Assembly: GCA_050486505.1 (NCBI GenBank)
Contig: JBJHDK010000002.1
Coordinates: forward strand, 15,277 to 79,276
From: Fibrobacteria bacterium
GTDB taxonomy: Bacteria > Fibrobacterota > Fibrobacteria > UBA11236
Length of the DNA stretch: 64,000 bases
Direction of reading: 5' to 3'
How positions within the stretch are numbered: position 1 is the stretch's first letter; every line of letters begins with the position of its first letter. The notes under the pieces were generated by a model that was not told the origin of the DNA, did no database searches, and saw only the letters and a list, made by a program, of their open reading frames with translations. The translations under genes were made by a program, and so were the position numbers. This document shows positions 1 through 8,440 of this stretch, piece after piece.

Positions 1-2
1 AT

Positions 3-302
3 TTTCTCGCGATCTGCCTCGAGAACTGCACCCTCGTCGCCTACCCGTACGACTTGCTCAACCGACTCGGCGGCGAAGACCCGGAGGTCGCGCGCGCGGG
101 CCTCGACCTCATCCACCACTACACCATGCAGCGGGAGCGGCGCTGGCGCAACATGCTTTCCCTGTCCACCGAAAAGGCCTACAGGGCGTTTCTCGAAGAG
201 CACCCCGACATCGCCACGCGCATCACCCAGGCCGACACCGCGCGCTACCTGGGCATCACGCCGGTGGCGCTCAGCCGCATCCGCGGGCACATGGATCATT
301 GA
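3..302 (+). CDS. Crp/Fnr family transcriptional regulator, 5' truncated by window edge
   Basis: Frame open from base 3 (FLAICLENCTL...); C-terminal Crp-type HTH 'ITQADTARYLGITPVALSRIR'. Confidence 0.85.
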   Translation, partial: FLAICLENCTLVAYPYDLLNRLGGEDPEVARAGLDLIHHYTMQRERRWRNMLSLSTEKAYRAFLEEHPDIATRITQADTARYLGITPVALSRIRGHMDH

Positions 303-404
303 GCCGGAAAGCATGGGGAACCCTGCCGGTTCCCCCTCCGTCGGGGTTTTCTTCACGGGGAACCCCCGAATCCCCCTGAAATTCTACCTTTGCCCGCTCT
401 TCGG

Positions 405-481
405 GCACCAGTAGCTCAGCTGGATAGAGCGTCGCCCTCCGAAGGCGAAGGTCACAGGTTCGACTCCTGTCTGGTGTACCA
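405..481 (+). tRNA. tRNA-Arg (anticodon CCG)
   Basis: Acceptor stem GCACCAG/CTGGTGT, D-arm TAGCTCAGCTGGATAGAGC, anticodon arm TCGCC-CTCCGAA-GGCGA, T-loop GTTCGACTC, encoded CCA end. Confidence 0.97.
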
Positions 482-499
482 CCTCACCCATCCGCATCC

Positions 500-811
500 T
501 CATCGCGCCTCCCGCCGCCAGGCCAGGATCCACCCCGCATCGCGGTGGCGCACGATCGCGCGACCTGCAGCGATAGCCCGGCGCACTTCCGTGTCGCGGC
601 GCTTCAGCCAGAGCTCCAGCCGGAGCGCCTCCGGCTTTCCCGACACCTTTCGCCTCCACACGCACTCCGCCGGACGGCGGGACGGCACCATGTACCGGGC
701 GCCCTTTCCGGAGTTGTGCATCGCCAGACGGCGCTCCAGATCGTTCGTTACCCCGCAATAAAGGGAGCCGTCGCGGCAGCGCAGGAGGTAGACGATCCAG
801 GGGGATTTCAT
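500..811 (-). CDS. GIY-YIG nuclease family protein (UPF0213-like)
   Basis: WIVYLLRCRDGSLYCGVTNDLERRLAMHNSGKGARY...ALRLE signature; ATG at 811. Confidence 0.88.
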   Translation of the reverse strand: MKSPWIVYLLRCRDGSLYCGVTNDLERRLAMHNSGKGARYMVPSRRPAECVWRRKVSGKPEALRLELWLKRRDTEVRRAIAAGRAIVRHRDAGWILAWRREAR

Positions 812-1149
812 GGGGTTCCGCCTCGAAACCCCTCTGCGGAGGGGCTGGAAGAATGAAAAACCCGGTTTCCGCTTTTTCCGAAATCGCACCGAAACGGTGT
901 TCCGGTCCCGGGTTCAAATCGCCTTAACGCATTGAAAGAACAAATACTTATAAAACAAGCGGCCGGTTTCGGGATGCGCAAAACCCGGGCAGGGAGGGCA
1001 CTTCCGGGCGCACCCCCGATTTTTCCTTGTGTTTTTTTTTCATTTAACACCTATCTTTTTCGTTGAGTCCTTTTGAAGTTCATGTGCCCTGTGTCCAGAG
1101 CCGCTCCATTTGGATTTCACAATCCAACCCCCCCTCAAGGAAATAGTGT

Positions 1150-1449
1150 ATGAATCTGTTCGTCGGTAACCTCGCATGGGCCACGACCCAAGCGGATCTG
1201 GAAGCGGCTTTCGGCGCCTACGGTGAAGTGTCCTCTGCAAAGATCATGACGGATCGCGAAACGGGAAAGTCCCGCGGCTTCGCCTTCGTCGACATGCCCA
1301 ATGACTCCGAGGCCCGCAAGGCCATCGAAGAGCTGAATGGCAAGGACCTCAAGGGTCGCGCCATCAACGTGAACGAAGCGCGTCCCCGCGAAGAGCGTCC
1401 GCGCTCCGGCGGCTTCGGCGGTGGCGACCGCGGCCCCCGTCGCTGGTAA
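1150..1449 (+). CDS. RRM (RNP-1) RNA-binding protein
   Basis: RNP-2 LFVGNL, RNP-1 RGFAFVDM, VNEARPR and a Gly/Arg tail; AAGGA RBS. Confidence 0.96.
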   Translation: MNLFVGNLAWATTQADLEAAFGAYGEVSSAKIMTDRETGKSRGFAFVDMPNDSEARKAIEELNGKDLKGRAINVNEARPREERPRSGGFGGGDRGPRRW

Positions 1450-1464
1450 GCTTCGGAAGTCATC

Positions 1465-1502
1465 AAAAAAGAACCCGCCCAGAAGGGCGGGTTCTTTTTT
1501 TT
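1465..1502. terminator. Bidirectional rho-independent terminator
   Basis: AAAAAAGAACCCGCCC-AGAA-GGGCGGGTTCTTTTTTTT between convergent genes. Confidence 0.9.
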
Positions 1503-1526
1503 GTCCGTGCGCGGCGCGGAGGCGAA

Positions 1527-2663
1527 TCAGCGCACGGCGTACTTGGCCAGCGCTTCGGAAGCCGGAGAGGCCACCGGTTTGACGAGATACCGGATATCGG
1601 GCCACGTTCCGGTGAGAATCACGGCATATCCTTGGTCGACACCCGTGGCGACGTATGACGACATGTCGCCGCCGAAGGATTCTTCGGTGGCGAGGTCGCC
1701 CGTGTGCGTGCGTGTCGCCAAGTCGATCTTCTCCACGCCGCCTTCCAAGTCGCCGTAGCCGGCGACGCCGGCGATGTACCAGACACCATCATGAACGGAC
1801 GCGGCAATCGGATTACGAAAGTTCAGGGGAATGGTGTCGGTGATCGTGCGCGTGGCGGCGTCGATCACGAGCACCAGCGACGTGTCATTCGCTTGCCACT
1901 GGTGATCGAGGCGTTGCAGGGCGACGAAAACATTGCCGCCGTGCGCCGCGACAAGGGACATGCGCGGGACATTCGTCGAGGAGTCGCGTGAATACGCCGA
2001 CAGGTCGATCGAATCCCGGGCACCGCCGTCGATGGCATCGGGATCAACGATCAGGAGGTGGGTGGAATTATAGCGCGGAATCCACGCCTTGCCGCCGGCG
2101 ATGGCCACACCGTAGGGATTGGAGTTCGGCCCTGCCTGAACGTCCAGGGTGATGTTGCGGCCGGGACGATTTCCCTCGAATCCCGTCACGACGCCGATCG
2201 AGCGGTCGAGCAGATAAACCCTGCCGTCCGCGGCGGCGACCGAGGGATCGGATCCGATCGACCCCACGCTCTGGCGGATGCGCCCCGCCACGGGATCGAT
2301 GACGCTCACCCCGCCTTCCACGTAATCGGTTTCCGTGACGACGACGTGGCCATCCGCGGTGAACGCAAGCGAGGTAGGAGGCAGAAGCTGCGGATAGTAA
2401 GCCGTAATGATCCCGGTGGAAACATCCACAGCGGCCACACCGGGCTCCGACGCGTGGCGGTTCCCTGCATAGAGAATACCGTCGCGGTATGCGAGTCCGG
2501 AGACATCGGTCAGGCTGTCCACCGACTTTCCGACCCAGGCGGAATTCGTGCCCGAGACACCGGAATTCCCGGAAGGGCCGGAATCGAAAAGGTTGCAGGC
2601 GGAGAGCAACAGGGCGGTCGCCCCGAGAAGCCCGATGCGTGGAAGGGAGTGATGTGTTTTCAT
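1527..2663 (-). CDS. Lipoprotein, probable beta-propeller (YncE/BtuG-like), in cobalamin-regulated operon
   Basis: Lipobox LLSAC; repeated beta-strand blades (VSVIDP, NPYGVAI, VLVIDA); 9 bp downstream of the TonB-dependent receptor. Confidence 0.75.
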   Translation of the reverse strand: MKTHHSLPRIGLLGATALLLSACNLFDSGPSGNSGVSGTNSAWVGKSVDSLTDVSGLAYRDGILYAGNRHASEPGVAAVDVSTGIITAYYPQLLPPTSLAFTADGHVVVTETDYVEGGVSVIDPVAGRIRQSVGSIGSDPSVAAADGRVYLLDRSIGVVTGFEGNRPGRNITLDVQAGPNSNPYGVAIAGGKAWIPRYNSTHLLIVDPDAIDGGARDSIDLSAYSRDSSTNVPRMSLVAAHGGNVFVALQRLDHQWQANDTSLVLVIDAATRTITDTIPLNFRNPIAASVHDGVWYIAGVAGYGDLEGGVEKIDLATRTHTGDLATEESFGGDMSSYVATGVDQGYAVILTGTWPDIRYLVKPVASPASEALAKYAVR

Positions 2664-2672
2664 GTAGTTCCT

Positions 2673-4643
2673 TTACAGGTTGAGGGAAAGACCGAGCGAC
2701 CAGGTCCGACCGCTTCGGGGACTGTAGACGAAGTCCCGATACTGTCGGTCGGTGAGATTTCGGACATCGAGGGAGAGTCTGATCGGGCCGCGATGCAAGG
2801 CACCGTGGGCACCCCACTCCACCTCGGCATCCCGGCGCGATACGGGAAGGTTGGCTTCGCCCGGATACCATGGGCTCCGGAAACCGAGCGTCGGTCCCAG
2901 GCGCGCGCCCTCGAACGGCTTGGCGAAGAATCCCGCGTGCGCCTCGACGGGACTGTGGTGCGCGGGGCGGTTTCCCGCGTGCAGTCCCTCGGTGATCTCC
3001 GCGCGCGACAGGGCGGCCGATGCCGCGGCTTCGAAACGGCGCGAATCCCATCCCCCTGAAAGTTCAAGACCGCGCACTTGGTAATCCGCACGGTTCTCGT
3101 ACAGCAGAAAGGGAGAAGCGCCGCGCGCGCCAAGGCGGATCGGGTCGGTGTGAAGATTCCAGTATGCCTCCCAACGCGCGCTCCATGCCCCATGACCGAG
3201 GCCGTGCAGGATCGAAACCCCCGACGTTTCCTCCGGGCGCAGCGCTGTGTTCGCCTGCACGCCGTGGTTGTCGCCCAGCAATTCGCCGGAAGAAGGCGCG
3301 CGCTGCTCATGCTTGGCCACGGCCGCGAAGATCCCCACGGTCGTTTGCCATTGCAGTGCGGCACGCAATGTGGATGGCATGCGCGCCACCGAGACCCGAT
3401 CTCCCTCGGGTGCGTCGGGATAGGCGCGCACCGCATCGGCATCGAAACGCACCGCCGCCGCCCGCGCCTCCAGCGTTGCGTTCAGGAACGGCGTGATGCC
3501 GTGATCCATGCGCCACCCGAGCAGTGCCTCCAGCCTGCGCCCCGCGGGCGCGGACATGTTTTGCGAAAACGGCGTTTCGCGCGGATCGACGGTTTCGGCA
3601 CGCAAATGAGCGTCCGTCGCGAAGGCCAGTGTCCCGGTCAGCGGAAGCCGCGCGCGCGCGTCCACCCCGGCGGATGTCGAGACCCGTTCCAACGCGTGCG
3701 AGAGATGGCCCAGCGTGCGACCGGGATCGCGATACGCGTCGGTGGCGCGATGCGCCTGCACGCCCGCCTCCCAGGACATGATCTCACCGTGATGCCGCGC
3801 GCGCCAGGCCCCCATCCATGCCTCGCGCACCGTGTAGGCGCTTGATCCGGTGCCGAGCAACCCGGGATATTCCTTGCGCGATTCCAGCCAAAGCAGGGAG
3901 ACGTCCTGGCCAAAAAACCCGTTTCCGGCGCGGGCCGAGGCACGGACCCCCCGGCTCCAGTACCCGTTGTTCCGCATGCGCGTGACACCGTCGTCGTCCG
4001 GATTGTGGATCGTGCCGTTGTCGTTGAACCATGGGTAATCGTTGCGGGCATGCTGGCCCTGCACACCGATCGACCATTGCGTCACCCCGTTTCCGCGAAC
4101 GGTCACGGCGGACTCCGCGGTTCCATGCGAGCCACCCCGGGCGTGCGCTTCGGTTCGGTCGGCACCGTGGGAGGACAAATCGATGCGGGCCAGCATGCCG
4201 GAACCGACGACGTCGGGATCGACCCCGGTGCGCGCCTCCAGCGACGTGAACCAAAGCAACGGCCACTTGGAAAGATCGGGCGCGGGGTCGCCATCCTGGT
4301 TGAGGCGCATTCCGTCGACGTAGATCTCGATGGATGAGGCGCGCGCGCCGCGAAAACTCAATTCGGAGTAGCCGCCCAGCCCGCCCTGCCGGCGCACGCG
4401 AAAACCCGGCAACGAAGCGATCGCATCCTCAAGGGTCGCGAAACGGCGCAGGGCCTCGCCCTCGATGCGATGCGTGTCGGGTGAGGAGGACTCACTGCTG
4501 CGGCCGTACGCCTCCGTTCCCGGCAACTCGAGCGCTTCGGGCGTGACGCCATCGTCCGCGGCGACGGAAACCGCAAGGACAAACGGCACGGCGCGGGCGA
4601 AGGTCCGCGCAAAGATCCGCTTTCCCGTAGGGACGTGCGGCAT
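2673..4643 (-). CDS. TonB-dependent receptor (probable BtuB-like cobalamin transporter)
   Basis: Plug motif LPGFRVRRQGGLGGYSELSFRGA...IYVDGMRLN; C-terminus VRNLTDRQY...GRTWSLGLSLNL; ATG 4643 with GGAAGG RBS; downstream of cobalamin riboswitch. Confidence 0.88.
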   Translation of the reverse strand: MPHVPTGKRIFARTFARAVPFVLAVSVAADDGVTPEALELPGTEAYGRSSESSSPDTHRIEGEALRRFATLEDAIASLPGFRVRRQGGLGGYSELSFRGARASSIEIYVDGMRLNQDGDPAPDLSKWPLLWFTSLEARTGVDPDVVGSGMLARIDLSSHGADRTEAHARGGSHGTAESAVTVRGNGVTQWSIGVQGQHARNDYPWFNDNGTIHNPDDDGVTRMRNNGYWSRGVRASARAGNGFFGQDVSLLWLESRKEYPGLLGTGSSAYTVREAWMGAWRARHHGEIMSWEAGVQAHRATDAYRDPGRTLGHLSHALERVSTSAGVDARARLPLTGTLAFATDAHLRAETVDPRETPFSQNMSAPAGRRLEALLGWRMDHGITPFLNATLEARAAAVRFDADAVRAYPDAPEGDRVSVARMPSTLRAALQWQTTVGIFAAVAKHEQRAPSSGELLGDNHGVQANTALRPEETSGVSILHGLGHGAWSARWEAYWNLHTDPIRLGARGASPFLLYENRADYQVRGLELSGGWDSRRFEAAASAALSRAEITEGLHAGNRPAHHSPVEAHAGFFAKPFEGARLGPTLGFRSPWYPGEANLPVSRRDAEVEWGAHGALHRGPIRLSLDVRNLTDRQYRDFVYSPRSGRTWSLGLSLNL

Positions 4644-4706
4644 GATTCCTTCCTTCCGCGGGGCTGGGCCGCGGAACGATTGTCTGCGTCTGTCGAGGGG
4701 GCGGGC

Positions 4707-4734
4707 GTAGGGGCAAATAATCATTTGCCCCTAC
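4707..4734. repeat. GTAG-type REP-like palindrome
   Basis: GTAGGGGCAAATAATCATTTGCCCCTAC; differs by one base from copies at 48978 and 63809. Confidence 0.85.
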
Positions 4735-4769
4735 ATCGCCCGCCCTCGTCCCGAAGAGCAGCGCGTGAA

Positions 4770-5007
4770 CCCGCAGGTGAGTCTTCTGGCTTGCGGCGGG
4801 AACCCCTGTTGGGGGGATCCGGAAGTCTTCCGCCTTCCCGCCCGGCGCCCCGTTCCCCGAAGGGGGGGGATGGCCTGGACAGTGGCTGGCGCGCGCAGTT
4901 GCGGGCGCCGGGAAAACATCAACCGCTTACAGCGACGAGCTCGCTCCCGATTCGCACGGGATTCCTCGTTATGCCCTTCCGAACCGTTCGGAGGGCTCCC
5001 TGTGAGC
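4770..5007 (-). ncRNA. Cobalamin riboswitch
   Basis: Minus strand reads AGGGAG...AACGAGGAATCCCGTGCGAATCGGGAGC...GCTGTAA...GCCACTG...GGGAAGGCGG...AAGCCAGAAGACTCACCTG (B12-box), upstream of a TBDR. Confidence 0.92.
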
Positions 5008-5045
5008 GAATGGAATAGTAGTCAATGCGGATAGCGGGGCGTCAA

Positions 5046-5119
5046 ACGGGCGACCCCACGGGTCGCCCGTACATGAATCGATGCCGAAGGAATGTAGGGC
5101 CGAGCCGCTGGCTCGCCCG
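5046..5119. repeat. Pair of REP-like palindromes
   Basis: ACGGGCGACCC-CAC-GGGTCGCCCGTAC and GTAGGGCCGAGCCGCTGGCTCGCCCG just downstream of degP. Confidence 0.7.
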
Positions 5120-5122
5120 AAA

Positions 5123-6670
5123 TCAACGTGCCCGCAGCGCCCGCAGGTCTGACCGCCCCTGATGCTGGATCATGAACGCGATCTGCTCGCCGGCCTCCAT
5201 CTCCCGAATCGCGTTCGAAAGCTGGCGCGCGTCGCGGACCGGACGGAAGTTGGGATCCTGACGCCGCTTGAAATGCGTGATCAGCATTCCCTCGCGCAAG
5301 CCGTTCTCGGCGGCGGAAGAGCCGTCCATGACTTCCAGAACGACCACGCCCGCTGCTTCGGGCGCGAGGTTGAAACGCTGGCGCGACGTCGCGTCGGGGG
5401 CGTCGAATCTCATCCCGAGCTTGCCCGAACTATAGCCGCCCCGGGTATCCTCCCCTTCAGGTAAGGACGGCCCGTCGACATCATCTCCTTCCTCGCCAGG
5501 TCTCGCCCCGATCTTCGCGTTGATGCGCGTCTTTTTTCCATCGCGCCAAAGCTCGACAGGATAGCTCTCATTCGGGCGCAGATCCGCGACGAGGTTGCGC
5601 AGGTGGGACGCGTCCTGGATCTCCGACCCGTCGATGGTGAGAATGATGTCGCCCGTGCGGATGCCGGCGCGCGCCGCCGGCGAGTTCGGAACGACCTCGC
5701 GCACGAGGGCACCGTGCAGCCGCTCGAGGCCGAGCGCCCCGGCGAGGTTCTCGTCGACGTTGTCGATGGCGACGCCGAGGTACCCGCGCGTCACGCGACC
5801 GTCGTAGATCAGGTCCTCGGCGACCTTGATCGCCATGTTGATGGGAATCGCGAAGCTGACGCCCATGTAGCCGCCGGTTCGCGTGTAAATGGCGGAGTTG
5901 ATGCCCACGACCTCGCCGCGCAGGTTGACCAAGGGGCCGCCGGAGTTTCCGGGGTTCACCGCCGCATCGGTCTGGATGAAGTTCTGGTAGGAATCCGGGC
6001 CGCCGATGCGGTCGCGGCGCCCCTTCGCAGACACGATGCCCGCGGTCACGGTGTTCTGGAGGGCGAAGGGGTTGCCGATGGCCAGCACGCGCTCGCCGAT
6101 GCGGACCTTGTCAGCGTCGCCGAATGCCAGTGGGTGGAGTTCGCCGCGCGGCGCATCGATCTTCAGCACGGCAACGTCGGTCTGGCGATCGATCCCCACG
6201 ATGCGCGCTTCGTAGCTCTTGCGGTTGGGAAAGCCGACCTTCACGATGTCGGCGCCCTCGAGGACGTGCGCATTGGTAAACACGTATCCGTCACGGGAAA
6301 CCACGAAACCCGAGCCGCCGCCCAGCGGGATGTTGCGGCCCGGTGCGCGTTCCTCCGGCATGCGGGGCTGGGGAATTCCGAAGAAGTCGAAGAACGGGTT
6401 GTGTTGCTGGCGTTGCTGTTGCGGCGTCCAGCGCCGCTCCGTGGTGATCGAGACCACGCCCGGCGTGACCGCATCGACGACCTTGACATAGAGATCGTTG
6501 TACTCGTTCACCCGCCGGGGGTCGGTCTGGGCCAAAGCCCCCTTGCCCAGCTCCACGCTGCCGCGGGCAGGGCGGGCGTCCTTGTCGCCTTGTGCCACGG
6601 CACAGGTTGCGGCAAAGACCACGCCGGCAAGCCCCAATGCTACGCGTCTCGTCCAATTCGGCTGAAACAT
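5123..6670 (-). CDS. degP: Do/DegP family periplasmic serine protease with two PDZ domains
   Basis: Signal peptide; GSGFVVS, TNAHV, DVAVLKI, QTDAAVNPGNSGGPL triad motifs; RGYLGV PDZ start. Confidence 0.93.
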   Translation of the reverse strand: MFQPNWTRRVALGLAGVVFAATCAVAQGDKDARPARGSVELGKGALAQTDPRRVNEYNDLYVKVVDAVTPGVVSITTERRWTPQQQRQQHNPFFDFFGIPQPRMPEERAPGRNIPLGGGSGFVVSRDGYVFTNAHVLEGADIVKVGFPNRKSYEARIVGIDRQTDVAVLKIDAPRGELHPLAFGDADKVRIGERVLAIGNPFALQNTVTAGIVSAKGRRDRIGGPDSYQNFIQTDAAVNPGNSGGPLVNLRGEVVGINSAIYTRTGGYMGVSFAIPINMAIKVAEDLIYDGRVTRGYLGVAIDNVDENLAGALGLERLHGALVREVVPNSPAARAGIRTGDIILTIDGSEIQDASHLRNLVADLRPNESYPVELWRDGKKTRINAKIGARPGEEGDDVDGPSLPEGEDTRGGYSSGKLGMRFDAPDATSRQRFNLAPEAAGVVVLEVMDGSSAAENGLREGMLITHFKRRQDPNFRPVRDARQLSNAIREMEAGEQIAFMIQHQGRSDLRALRAR

Positions 6671-6829
6671 GGCGAATCCTTTCGTGAATCGCCCGATATT
6701 TTACAAAGCCGGGCCGGATTTTCCATGAATCCGCCCGTTCCGGGGCGTGGCCCGTCCGATCGGAAGGCCATTCCCGGAGGGCCCTTTAGCTACCTTTGCC
6801 GTCCCAAAACCAACTTCAAAGGAACAAGC

Positions 6830-8248
6830 ATGGCACAAGCGGACATCGGACTCATCGGCCTCGCGGTGATGGGTGAAAACCTCGTCCTCAACATGGAAAG
6901 CCGGGGCTACACGGTTGCAGTCTACAACCGCACCACCTCCAAGGTGGATGATCTCGTCAATGGACGCGGCAAGGGAAAGAAGCTCGTGGGCGCTCACTCC
7001 ATCGAGGAGTTCGTCGGATCCCTCAAGTCGCCCCGCAAGATCATGATGATGGTCAAGGCCGGTCCCGCCGTGGATGCTCTCATCGAGCAACTCATCCCCC
7101 ATCTCGACAAGGGCGACATCCTCATCGACGGCGGCAACAGCTACTTCCCCGACAGCATCCGCCGCACGAAGGATCTTGAGGCCAAGGGCTTCCGTTTCCT
7201 GGGCGTGGGTGTCTCCGGCGGCGAAGAAGGCGCCCTGAAGGGGCCCTCCATCATGCCGGGCGGTTCGGACAGCGCGTGGGAAGATGTCCGCCCGATTTTC
7301 CAGGCCATCGCCGCCAAGGTCGGCCCCAAGGCCGACATCCCCTGCTGCGAATGGGTCGGCGCCGACGGCGCAGGCCACTATGTGAAGATGGTGCACAACG
7401 GCATCGAGTACGGCGACATGCAGCTGATCTGCGAGGCCTACGCGATGATGAAGCACCTGCTGGGCATGACCCCGCCCGAGATGGCCGAGGTCTTCACCAA
7501 GTGGAACGAGGGGCCCCTGGACTCCTACCTCATCGAAATCACCCGCGACATCCTGAAGAAGAAGGATCCCGAGAGCGGCAAGTGGATGGTGGACGTTATC
7601 CTCGACAAGGCCGGCCAGAAGGGCACAGGCAAGTGGACCTCGCAGAACGCCCTCGACCTCGGCATTCCCATCCCCACCATGATGGAAGCCGTCGTGGCCC
7701 GCAGCCTCTCCGCGCTCAAGGACGAGCGCGTCGCCGCCGGCCGCCGCTTCGCCGCGCCCGCGCTGCGCACCCCCGAGGATCGCGAGAAATTCCTGCAGGC
7801 GATTCACGACGCGCTCTACGCCTCCAAGATCATGTCGTACGCGCAGGGTTTCCAGCTGCTGCGCGCCGCGGCGACGGAGTACAAGTGGGATCTCAACTAC
7901 GGTTCGGTCGCCCTGCTTTGGCGCGGCGGCTGCATCATCCGTGCCCGCTTCCTCGAGGAGATCAAAAAGGCCTTCGACGCCGAGCCGGGCCTCAAGAACC
8001 TGATCCTTGCGCCGTACTTCACCGACGTGATCCAGAAAAGCGAGTCGAACTGGCGGCGCGCCGTTTCCGAGGCGGTGCTCTCGGGCATCGCGGTACCCGC
8101 ATTCACCTCCGCGCTGGCCTACTACGACGGTTACCGCAGCCCCGAACTCCCGGCGAACCTGCTCCAGGCGCAGCGCGACTACTTCGGCGCGCACACCTAC
8201 GAGCGCATCGACAAGCCCGGATCCTTCCACACGGAGTGGCTGGGGTAA
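6830..8248 (+). CDS. gnd: 6-phosphogluconate dehydrogenase, decarboxylating
   Basis: IGLIGLAVMGENL, GVSGGEEGALKGPSIMPGG, VKMVHNGIEYGDMQLI, QAQRDYFGAHTYER; ATG 6830 with AAAGGA RBS. Confidence 0.98.
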   Translation: MAQADIGLIGLAVMGENLVLNMESRGYTVAVYNRTTSKVDDLVNGRGKGKKLVGAHSIEEFVGSLKSPRKIMMMVKAGPAVDALIEQLIPHLDKGDILIDGGNSYFPDSIRRTKDLEAKGFRFLGVGVSGGEEGALKGPSIMPGGSDSAWEDVRPIFQAIAAKVGPKADIPCCEWVGADGAGHYVKMVHNGIEYGDMQLICEAYAMMKHLLGMTPPEMAEVFTKWNEGPLDSYLIEITRDILKKKDPESGKWMVDVILDKAGQKGTGKWTSQNALDLGIPIPTMMEAVVARSLSALKDERVAAGRRFAAPALRTPEDREKFLQAIHDALYASKIMSYAQGFQLLRAAATEYKWDLNYGSVALLWRGGCIIRARFLEEIKKAFDAEPGLKNLILAPYFTDVIQKSESNWRRAVSEAVLSGIAVPAFTSALAYYDGYRSPELPANLLQAQRDYFGAHTYERIDKPGSFHTEWLG

Positions 8249-8283
8249 TCCCCCGGCGCCCCAAGGGGGAGCGGGAAATTTTC

Positions 8284-8310
8284 AAGGGCGTCCCGATGGG
8301 ACGCCCTTTT
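8284..8310 (+). terminator. Rho-independent terminator
   Basis: AAGGGCGTCCC-GAT-GGGACGCCCTTTT after gnd. Confidence 0.75.
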
Positions 8311-8440
8311 CGTTTCATCGTGCCCAAGACAAGCAAGCGCGACCTGGGTATCGTGCCCGTTCATCTCGCTGGAGGGGGCCATCCTTCTTTAGTGCGCGGA
8401 CTCATCCGCGATGATTTCGCACTTCGCGCTTCCCGCTTCT

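Noticed and set aside
405..900. tRNA plus nuclease as a genomic-island boundary
   Set aside because: No integrase and no repeat of the tRNA 3' end seen in the window; the GIY-YIG gene is not flanked by REP-like repeats
4644..4724. N-terminal extensions of the TBDR (MIICPY...) and similarly of cgdA (48996)
   Set aside because: They arise from REP-derived start codons; downstream ATGs have proper RBSs
5603..6829. 881-aa ORF suggesting a large N-terminal fusion on Gnd
   Set aside because: The extension is the antisense shadow of degP; gnd starts at 6830 with its own RBS and promoter-like element
8388..8404. CTTTAGTGCGCGGnCTC shared with 63870
   Set aside because: Only two short copies, one being the coding end of the HAD gene; likely chance
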